Shown here piece after piece: positions 53,605 to 64,000 of a stretch of DNA of 64,000 nucleotides. Location of the stretch: the NCBI GenBank assembly GCA_003344405.1, contig NOWV01000002.1, positions 744,001-808,000 of the forward strand. Direction: 5' to 3'. The stretch comes from Trichoplax sp. H2. Lineage: Eukaryota. The position numbers and the translations under genes are program-made. The notes under the pieces were generated by a model. It worked only from the letters and a program-made list of their open reading frames with translations, was not told the DNA's origin and made no database searches. The first letter of the stretch is position 1. Each line of letters begins with the position of its first letter.

Positions 53605-56600
53605 TCAATTCCCAACTGAAATGGGTGATTTCACCGATGCATTATCATCCTCATTTAAGCGTCCATTTGGAGTACTTTTAGGTACTTGTAAGCGATGCTT
53701 TGGCCTGTGCTTTTGCTTATCACTTTCAAGGTAGCGAGGTGGTGCTAACTGTTCTAGTCGTGGCGACTTGGGATAGCGTAGGGTAGTTTGGGTTTTATTT
53801 AGCAATTTCCTAACATCATATTTACATTTAGAAATTATAACATAGATTTATTAAATTATATACAACCTTCAGTTTATGTCATGTAAAACTATGTACTGTA
53901 CCTGATGCGCTTTTTAGCATTATTTAAAAATTCTTCATTCTCTAATTCCATCTTCTGAGCTTTGGATAACTCCGGTGTTTGTTGAGGGTGAATCAACTAT
54001 AAAAAAGGTTATCAATAAAAATAAAGCCCATGTTATATGTATGCCTATGCATACATGTTTCATGATGTATAGGCCACATCATTGGAGTTAATTGGTGTAT
54101 AAGGCATACGATGTGCGATTGTTGGTCTATCGTAGTTAACACTAACTTTCTATCCTTACCTTAAGTTTAACGCCTACGTTAAATTTACAGCTTCTTGCTT
54201 GAGCACTGAAGGACAGATAGACTTTATCCTAAATAATTTACCAAAAGCATATTAATTTACCGCTTTCCCCGGATTCATTAAACAATCGATCGACATATAA
54301 CAAGGTAAACTTAATTATAGTTACCTGCCATTTGCAACGAAGTGCAACTTCTTTGGTGATTGCAAAACAAATTGGTTGAAATGGTGGCGCATGAATATGA
54401 GCATTATTTTTATCCAGGTGTGAATCAAGATCCCAATTCCATTTCTTTTTACGCGTGCCATTAGAATCCGCAACTTCTCCGCCGGTCGGATAAATCAATA
54501 ATCTGTTAAAACAGACAATATAGTAATATAAATTTACATCGAAAATGCTTGATTACATAGTATAGATTAGACGATGGTCAGGGATTGATAAACTACTGAC
54601 CTAATTCTGTTATTACTATGATAGATACAACTATGGCCGGACGGATTAAATAGGGCTAATATTTTTTGACTCTCAGATAAGGGAGCATCCTAGAGTAAAT
54701 ATTCGTATTGGCATAAAATAATGTTATTTAACATGTAATGAAACCATTGAGTTTACAATTTAGTCTATGATACCTTACCTCGAGTACGACATAACTCAAT
54801 CCATTACCATGGGCACTAATACCTATAGCTACATTACCTGATGGATAACTGATTAAATACGCAGTTAAGGTAAAAAATAGTCAATATACATTTAATCCTT
54901 AGTAAAGATGTCAAGCTGCCATTTTACATGAATTATAAAGATACAATACGGATCCCGTGCCATCAGGAAGTAGAATTAAGAACAAACTACCATTCTCATA
55001 AAATTTTTGAATAGGTAATTGATTTCCTTTTGCCTATTTCAATTTATGTATGACATTGAACATTTCAATACCCACATAAATGTTTCCTTTCAGATTTAAT
55101 ATCTACACTTTAACTATGGTTACCAATAGATAATATTGACTGAATTACTAATTATTTATAATTATGGTTAATTGCTACCTTTTGTTGAAGAAAAGCTAAA
55201 TTAGACGGCAATTCTGTCATAAATGACAATTTTTCGTCGTCCTCGTCAGGATCTATTTCGTCTTCAGGTAAAGGAGAAGGTATAACTGTCCATCCTTCTT
55301 CTAAGCAACGATTTGAAGATAGGGTATAATTGATTGTTTTAATTTGTCGAGCAACTGTAATAATATAGAAATAAATACAGATAAATATTAGTTCCAATAG
55401 CACAGTAATTTATGCTTTACTGTGATAAAATAAGGATGTTATGTATTGTAATAAGTAATTAACTTACATGCATAGTAATTCAGGTTACTAATTGTATTAG
55501 CTAACTGGCGTTCTCTTTCACGTTCTCTCATTCTATTTTTGAGTAAATATTAGAGTGTAAATAATTATGTACAGATATATGAATGCAACTGTGCGTAACT
55601 ATGCAATCTTTAATAGACATACTTTTCTTGTGCTCTTTCTTTCGCTTCTCGACGAGCCTGCCGATTCTTAAATGGTGCATGAGGGGAAACATTAATCAGC
55701 GCATCACCTTCTACGTCACTTATATCGCTATCAGCTTGATCAGCATCAGCATCTGGAATTTCATTTCGTTTACTACGAGCACCTTTACTTTCACTAAGTT
55801 CGTGTAAGTATAGAACGAATTGGTGGTAATCTGGGCAGCAAAATAGCTGTAAAAATAAGATAAAAATGAGAATATGACATTGTTATAGTCACAGCTTATA
55901 AATCTTATGATTTTTTCATATTAAACTTACCTTTTCTGCTGGCGTTGTTTCAATTTCTTCTATAGTTGGAAATTCTTTAATAATAGCTAATCCACAATAA
56001 TCACAAATTCCATCACCTTGTGCATCACCAATAGAACTATGAAAGCTAGCTACTGATTGAGACGTCATCGGAGTTTGGGCGTCGACTCTTAGAGTTACCG
56101 CTTCCGATTCTCGATTATACTTTAATATAGATGGTGGTCCTACTGCAGCAATTGCATCTTGCTCGTTATCTATATAATTGTCGTTGTCGTCTTCATCGGA
56201 CGAATCTGAGCTAAATTCCATAGTCAGGACACCGAAAGCATCAGAAATTTCAGATGTAGAATCTATTTTTTGGGATGAAATTGTACTTGATGGGGTATTG
56301 TGCCTACTAAATGCTTCCTCCGGTATTGTGCCACTTTCTGCATAATTTTCATCAACTACTTTAACATTGGCTAGTGCTTCTTCAGCTAGTGACCGATGCT
56401 GCATTGCTTGGCGAGATTCTGTGATTCCATCGAGCACATTAAAATTATGCATTGTATACGATTTAATAAATTATAGAAATCAAATTACATCGTTATAATA
56501 CAGTATTACTTTCAGTTTACCTGGAGATTGGTTGCTTCCAGAATCTTCGTTATCAGAAAGGGCATTGCCTCCTTTGACTAAATTATGCAATTTCCAATCT

Positions 56601-57743
56601 TCCATCCAGCTCCAGTCAGTTTGAATTTCAATCGTTCTTTTAGTCCTATCCTCATTATATGTTGCATTGACTATTCCGTGTTCTCTTTTAATTTTGAACG
56701 TTTGAGGTTTAAAACTAACTACAGGCTTGCGAATATCTCCGTGTCGAAAGCGTCGATGCTGTTGTGAAGATAAAGTTTTACGTTTAGTGCCATCTGCACT
56801 AACAGCATTCCTTGTAGTAACGTTAATCTCTGTTTTAGAAGCATTATCGTCATCAAATGGTGTAAATTCTTCGCTATGTCTAATTGATAGATTAAAAGAA
56901 AAGTATTATATTTTTCAGCAATGATTTTAATTTAAAAATAGAGCATACATTTATCATAATGTCAATACCGTCTTTGAAGTATATGTTTTCCTTCTGGGTT
57001 ATTAAGCATTACGACTTTCTTTTCTTTCAATTCTTCATCTTTAGTCGTATTTTTTACGTTGGTATTACTTTCGACTAGGCTGTAATTGCTTTCTTCTTGT
57101 TCTATTTGTAAGCATACACAAAATTAGCGTATCATACAAGTTTAATAGTCGAGATCGCACGTCACTATGGAATTAGTATCAAATATCTACCTGGCTTTTT
57201 GCTTTCTTTAATCGGCTTAATATTAGGTAAAACAGGCTTTGGCATTTGTTGTTTTGGTGTAGCTGAACGCTCCTTTGCAATTATATCTAAAATTTCCGAG
57301 TCTAGCCCTTTTACCAACTCAATAGTTGGACTTGAAGGCTGAGCCGTTTTAACAACATCGAGTATAGGCAAGACTGTCAGACTTTTAGATTCTGATATCG
57401 ATTGTGCTCTCTTTCTTGGATTTGAAACCCAATCATTTATATTAGAGTAGCTTTTTGACCGCATACGACTTGTTGTTGATTGTTGTGGTAACGTGTCTTT
57501 ATTTATTAGTTCTTCTGGAATATCTGCGATACTCTCTGATCTTGTTTGTCGACTTGATGTTGTGGAGGAGTCATTCGATTTTAATTCAGATCGCTTCAAC
57601 GGTTGATTAGAATTATCAGAGCTAAGAGAAAATGTGACACTGTGCGATCTACTTCTCCTAGGACCTCGACGAAGGGCAGAGTTACTAACGTTCTTTCCGT
57701 CATCAAATGGTTGATTTGTAGCGGATCTTGTTTCACGAGACAT
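53605..57743 (-). CDS. ERICH6: ERICH6/ERICH6B (FAM194-domain) protein, multi-exon
   Basis: First coding exon is 57743-57191 and the last ends at the stop at 53605. It has a low-complexity N-terminus, a CDYCG...FCCPDY cysteine motif, APHAPF and TINYTLSSNRCLEEGWT. The FAM194-type region reads FYENGSLFLILLPDGTGSVL/YPSGNVAI...GGEVADSNGTRKKKWNW...HAPPFQPICFAI. Donor-like sites near 58369, 58758 and 58877 suggest upstream non-coding exons. Confidence 0.85.
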
Positions 57744-59128
57744 TATGTAAATTGTATCGATTGACTATATGCATAATGAGTAATAGTAATAATTTTATGA
57801 GGATAGATCATTGAAACATGCTTTATGTCGATGTGTTCATACGCAGATAAATTGTATAATAAATAACTACATTTAATAAATAGTTAAGGTTGGATTCCAT
57901 TTAAGTCAATTACATACGCGTATATTGAACGTAAACCTGTAGTTGGTAACTCAGCTTAACTTTAAACAATCATATTATAGAGGCAAGAGAAAATAAATTC
58001 ATATGCAATTAATGAAGTACTTTTCTTCCATATTAAGCTAAATTATCTCCCTAGACAAAGTCTGCTATCTACATATATGGATTGTAAACCGATTTATTTA
58101 TAATCTTTGAGAATTGTAAATATTATAAAAACTGAAATACTATCTTCCTAAACGAAAATTTTATTTAAGCTAAAATTTTAATCGTATCTGTTGATAGATT
58201 AAATATCAAACTTTCATTTGTCAACCCAGTTATTTTTATCATCGCTATTGCAATTATCTCATTAAAGGAAAGGGTAATCAGTGTCTCTATCTGTGTTTAA
58301 TCTGATATAAAATTTAAAATACCGTTTGCGTTTTATATTAATTCAATAACCGGATATCGCAATGCTTACCTGGTATGTGACGTATCAGATTGATCGCCTC
58401 AGTTACCACATATTCTTATTTCGAAACTGACTGATTGAATGATGAATATTGGTGCAAGCTATAACAAAAATATATAGACCGAGGTAAGTTAAATGTTTAT
58501 ATTGATCCATTATACGGCGAATTAAAATTTGATTGAATACAGTAAATTTTCGACTTAATTGCTTAAATTATCATAGTCTATATGATATATTGTCAATAAG
58601 CAAATTTAATATGCTTCATAAGTAGCCATAACTCTATTCATAAAATGACGAAGAAATGTGATGTTTAACTAGACCTGCAGAATTGATTCTATTCGCGGAT
58701 GTAAATTGAAACCTCATAAAAACCCTGATTATGCTTATAATATGATATACACACTTACGCCTCGATGACCGTTAGTATCCATATACAGATGCACGTTTAT
58801 ATAGAATAACTGACTATAGACATAGATAGTTTACTACTATACCACTAAAATATCTAAATTTTTCGGGTGCTACTTACTTGTAAAAACAAGGGCAGTTTAA
58901 GTCTTCATAGGCTAATTTACTTGAGTATACGTGTATTTCAATTTGTATGACAATATGTTATTAACAAGATAGGTCGATACTACCACTAAAAATTTGGCAT
59001 ACTGTTAGAGTAGTTATCGGATATAAGTTTACGCTAACCTAACCTAACCTAAATTTGACTCGAATCCTATATTAAGACTTGTACAGAATGGCAACAGAGA
59101 TCTCATTACCGAAGGCTTTCAACTTTAC

Positions 59129-59142
59129 GTTGCCACGACAAC
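59129..59142. promoter_or_regulatory. RFX X-box-like site upstream of ERICH6
   Basis: GTTGCC-AC-GACAAC is a 14-bp imperfect palindrome with one perfect GTTGCC half-site. An extra half-site, ATGGCAAC, lies at 59088-59095. Confidence 0.6.
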
Positions 59143-59199
59143 CATCTGACACCGTTAAAAGTGTCACCGCAAGTGCGCAGTACGATAATACGGTGAACA

Positions 59200-60105
59200 C
59201 AAGACTACACAGTGCACAGTGCACAGCACAGTACAATACACTGTAGACATTCGCCGTGTACTATGTTCAGAGTTCAGTACGGTCCACACGGTCCGACTCC
59301 AGTCCGCTTTCGCGCCGAACTGTGATGAACTTCGTACTAGAGTTAGAATAGAAAAGTTTTGTACTGTACTGTCATTTAGCATTTAAGCATTTGCCATTTG
59401 GGTAAGAAAATTTTTAGGGTTTGCAAATCTCTAGTGAGTGTACACTATACACTCACGCACAGTTCCCTTATTGTACAGTATGGTCAACTTGGCCATCTGG
59501 ATCTGGCAATACAGTACGTAGTGCATACTGTCACATACTTGTACAGTACTGTACGAAATGCAGTAGAACTACGTACAATACTGTATGGTACTGTAAAATA
59601 CTCCGTCACTGCAGCGTACTGTACACTGTACACTGTACAGTACAGCTGCTATTTTTGTTTCAATTTATTATTTGCAAAGACTATGCACGCCTACCATTTA
59701 CTAATTTCGATCCTGGTATCGAAATTGTAAAAATACTGTACCGTAAATAAATTTAAATAAGTTTTGTAACGATAAAACTTGTTTATTGCTTATTAAAAAA
59801 CAAATAAATAAATAAATATCAATGGCGGGCCAGGTAAAACACCACTACAGTACTGTACTGTACTGTACAGTACTATACCGTACAGTGTACAATGTACAGT
59901 ACTGTACATTACCGTAATCATGAATAACGAATATTAATAAATGATCTTTCCGAAAGAACTGAGTATGCGCAGCATGCACTAATAAGTAATAACTACTGTA
60001 CTGTACAGTGTACAGTACAGTATTTCGCCTCTTCAAGATACTGTATCTACAGTACTTGAGTTCTGTACAGTACAGTACCACTAACCCTTAGTCACTACAG
60101 TACTG
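59200..60105. repeat. Extended (TACAG/CTGTA/CACAG)n pentamer arrays in the ERICH6-SLC25 divergent intergenic region
   Basis: Several blocks at about 59205-59245, 59440-59647, 59843-59908 and 59993-60105, including the palindrome GTACAGTACTGTAC. A further block lies at 61053-61084, just before the SLC25 gene. Confidence 0.9.
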
Positions 60106-61310
60106 GGATTCTGCTTGGATTCCAGCAATAACTGCCAATTGACGATTATTGACACAATTACAACCACGTACAAGCAAAATGAACCCTAGCCAATCATTTG
60201 CCAGCTTGCCGGTGTCTTCACGTGCCTTTTGATGATGCTGAACAAAGTGTTCTATCGGTCATAGATCAAAACATCGGTACGGTACTGATGTATTCATTAT
60301 TACCCGAAATGAGGCGCAGGGGTATAAATATATATTTGTTGACGTACCCCGCTGGATTTCAGTTTCTCATCTGCTTTCCAAGTGACGGTTCTCCAATCTT
60401 CGCAAGTGCAATACGTCGAAAACAATTCTCCAGCATTTCAGCCTGCTTAGTCATTACAAAGACAAGTCATTATTACAGTACGCAAAACTAGCCTTCGCTA
60501 ACCTACTGCAGTCCAGTGTCATCGTGCCGAAAAACAGCTCTGAACTACTTTCTAGTAGTAACATACTCAATACAAGACTACAAGTGCGTACATACTTTAC
60601 CTGCACATTTATTCCAAATTCGCCATTTCATCCTTCTGATATTGACCGGCTTCCAATTGAAAATTATTGTGTAAGAAAATATACAATACAATATTTCCTT
60701 TCTGGTACTGAGTGTTACTTGGAGTAGATAGAATGTACAGTACTGTACATAGATGAACAGATGGATAGTACGTGTATGTCATGGGTCATATTTAATTACT
60801 ATCTTGCATTGGATCGGTTTTCAGAAGTCGCATTGCTCACCTCATTGAAGCTCTTAGATGGTATTTTGATTCCTGTTCTACTTTTTGCCGGGACTAGGAT
60901 ATTTATAGTGCCTTGTTGACCACACTTGATTGATCATAGACCTCTTGTATGTACAGATTGAGCTTAGTCTATTGACTTTGCGTACCATAATGCAGCGCAG
61001 CACGAAAGGGGTGAAACATATTTGACCCACGCAGTAGTTAACAGATTCTATATACTGTACTTACGGTACTGTACTGTACTGTACCATCTTACTAAAACGA
61101 TTACGTACGAGTATTGCATAAACTCGATTACTCGATTGAATAATATTAGCAGTAAATACGGTCATGTTAACCGATGGGATGTATTGATAATCTAGATTAA
61201 TCTTGATCTTGTAACATTTTATCTTGGACTATTATAGAGATATCATCGTTTTAGTCTTTAAACCAGCCTAGTAGAACAATTACTTACGACCGGAAGAAAT
61301 CGGATTGAAA

Positions 61311-63978
61311 ATGCAATGGCAGCCATTTATACTGGGTGGTGTTGCCTCGCTTGCTGCTGAGTCATGTAGGTTGATAGCGGCAGATTAAAATTTCAGCATT
61401 CTGTGTTAAATGATTTATATCTTCATATACCCTATGCATGGACTACCCTGAGACCTCTACTAATCAATTTATTACGATGCTTTGGCTCAGTATAGCGTAG
61501 ACTTACTGCTATTTCGCTATGCATTAAATAAATGTAAACTATTCCGTATCCTTGTCATCAATGGTTAAAGGTTAGTATTTACTGTATGATTTAGGCACCT
61601 TCCCGATTGATACGGCAAAGATTCGATTACAAATTCAAGGTCAAATTGGCGATGCTAGTTTAGCACGTCTACGTTACCGTGGCATGGGACATGCTTTAAG
61701 ATTAATTGCCGCAGATGAAGGTTTTAAGGCGTTGTATTCTGGGTATGTACAGTACTGTACAGTAGAGTGATTTATGAAATGCAAGTTATACGAATCTTAC
61801 TCTACTTGTGCCATGTTGCTATAGTACTGCACTAAATGGTAAATATAACAATTATATTATATTAGAGGTGATGCATCGTACTACAGTATATACATTGATA
61901 ATATTAAATTATGTCTGTACTTCAATACAACGATATTATCATCAAATTTATTTACTCTATGTATTAATTTATACCATAGTCTTGCACCTGCCTTGCTGAG
62001 GCAAGCATCTTATGGCACTATTAAATTTGGGACTTATCATACTGTCAAAAGAATTGTCGCAAAAAATCCTGAAGGTAAAAGTTAATGAAATGATTCTATA
62101 GTAATTTACTTATTTTAGATGATTTAACACCTATTACAGTAGTGTTTATTTAGTTGAGATGCATATTTGGAGACAAAAATTTAACGTGGCATTTTCACAT
62201 GTAATTTTATTATCCTTGTTGATTAATATATTAATTATTATTATAGATGAGACTATACTCACAAATGTATTTGCTGGAATGATTGCCGGAGCACTATCTT
62301 CAAGCATCGCTAATCCTACTGATGTTCTGAAGGTTGGTAACTATGATAATATGATTGCGCACAATTACACAATCTACCGTAATCCGTAATATTTCATAAT
62401 AGAGTTTTATTCATTACCAAGAAACATTCATTTTTCTATAGCCAATACATATAGTAGTATTATTAAGTGTAAATTAGTTATGTACATTATGTGATCATTA
62501 CTTCAAGATTACAAATACGTATATTGATACCTACAAGTCGATCGTTTAGTATTAGCTAGCTGATGCATTAAAATGCGTTTAGTTAAGGCTTATTCGTTTT
62601 CCTTGAGTTATGATATAGTGATTCACATCATTTCCGTTTGTTAGTGCTTTAATATTCGCAAAATGCTATTGTGTCATTTTGCAGATACAAGTAGAGCGAA
62701 TTGCTTCTTAGTATTTCTCATATCTCTTCAGTCATACCGTATCGTAATTATGGTGTAGTTTGTACTATACTTCATAATAAGGTCCTACAGGCATACACTA
62801 CCAGCTATACTGCACTTGGTTTAGTTGGTTATATCAGAGCCATACTATAGTACTGTAGTCTGTACTGTAGGACGAGTATTAACTGTGCGTATTATCTTTT
62901 TTCACCGTAGAGAAGGAGAATTTTTCTGCATTGTGTAGCCGATCTAGTGTATTAACGCATAATCTACGCATACGTGTAAATCCGTTTTCTAGTAAATGCG
63001 GTAGATTAACCAAATATTTATTATTCGTTAAGTTTTAATTGACTTGATGAAATACGGCATATTTTTATTTGTCATATACTAGTTCGTTTATTCGTAAGCT
63101 CAAAATTAAATTAAGTTACTTTATGCTATTGCTTCACGGATGATTATGGTATTTTACCTTCCAGACTTTAAGACGTAAATGTTATCGCGTAGGCGATATA
63201 TGAAAAGGAATCTTATGTCGTTTTCTGCAGTATGTACGGGCAAAACTGTAGCATTCGTCTGAATGATGGTATAGCGCTCTTCAGACGCTTTTAAATATAT
63301 GTGTATATCTATGTATAGCTTGTCTATATTCAGTCCTCTACTATTTCGTTTGATTTCATTTCAGTATGAACCTGCATAGCATACCTTATTTACCGTTTAG
63401 TATATATATGTTACTGTACATTTAATTGCTTTAGAATAGAAATAAAATTTAATTAAATTATGTTACCATGTGCTTCTTTAGTTTTCCAAGTCTATTCACG
63501 GTATGAAAAAATTTATGATCATAGATAATTGAAAAATCACGATATGCTAAGCCTATGTAATATTTGTAGATGTAGTTCATGATAAGATGTTATTGTATTA
63601 CAAGTTTTGTGTTTCGACTAAATTAAAAATTATGTATTAATTTTAATTTTTATTATGGGTTTATAGGTTAGGATGCAAGCTGGATCACGGATGAACCTGA
63701 CTGGAAAGAATGTGCTTCGGTCTTTTGCTGATATTTATAAAGAAGAAGGTATTAGGGGTCTTTATCGGGTAAGCTATTTCTTACGTAATGTTTACGATGA
63801 GGCTGGTCGGATGTCTAAGTAAATTTTGTACAAATATTATTTTTATTTCTTAGGGTGTGGGACCAACGTCACAAAGAGCAGCTGTGATAGTTGCCGTTCA
63901 AATGCCAACTTATGAACTGAGTAAGCGTGAGCTCATTAAAAGTCAACTTATGAATGATGGCCTATCAACTCATTTATG
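61311..63978 (+). CDS. SLC25A30: Mitochondrial carrier of the SLC25A14 (UCP5/BMCP1) / SLC25A30 (KMCP1) group; 3' end lies beyond the window
   Basis: Exons 61311-61365, 61595-61742, 61980-62074, 62247-62332, 63667-63768 and 63854-63978 splice to [35 protein letters not shown]...[28 protein letters not shown]...[14 protein letters not shown]...[18 protein letters not shown]. This includes two Px[DE]xx[KR] carrier signatures. It is probably co-orthologous to both vertebrate paralogues. Confidence 0.93.
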
Positions 63979-64000
63979 GTGCGTTGTACTCGATGAAAGA

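Noticed and set aside
59034..59052. (CTAAC)n, i.e. TTAGG telomere-like run
   Set aside because: It has fewer than four full units and lies internally, so it is too short to call an interstitial telomere.
60229..60288. Box C/D snoRNA candidate (TGATGA...CTGA)
   Set aside because: There is no terminal stem and no rRNA-complementary guide that I could recognise.
60300..60437. SWIM zinc finger or MULE transposase suggested by CTC
   Set aside because: The downstream CxH ligands are missing and the frame is short and bounded by stops.

Overview
This is AT-rich, intron-dense eukaryotic DNA from an animal. Its short introns, compact gene spacing, plentiful CpG and metazoan gene set fit a placozoan such as Trichoplax, but this is my inference. 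Positions 1-32,300 contain no recognisable protein-coding exon. That stretch holds an assembly gap flanked by two haplotype-like copies (603-1428), a strand-skewed candidate promoter/first exon on the minus strand (about 28.0-28.8 kb) and a 279-bp non-autonomous Helitron-like element (31059-31337). The right half has five tightly packed genes, which I reconstructed by hand: CCDC39 (-, 28 coding exons, about 957 aa), head-to-head with centrobin/CNTROB (+); an intronless peroxisomal DHRS4-like SDR (+); ERICH6/FAM194 (-), head-to-head with a UCP5/KMCP1-type mitochondrial carrier, SLC25A14/30 (+, runs off the window). RFX X-boxes lie upstream of CCDC39 and ERICH6, and self-complementary (TACAG/CTGTA)n arrays cluster at the promoter regions. 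I see no clearly novel enzymatic system. The best leads are the Helitron family, the promoter-associated pentamer arrays, apparent ancient microsynteny with the human 3q/13q/Xq/17p paralogon, and the unexplained gene desert with its candidate promoter.
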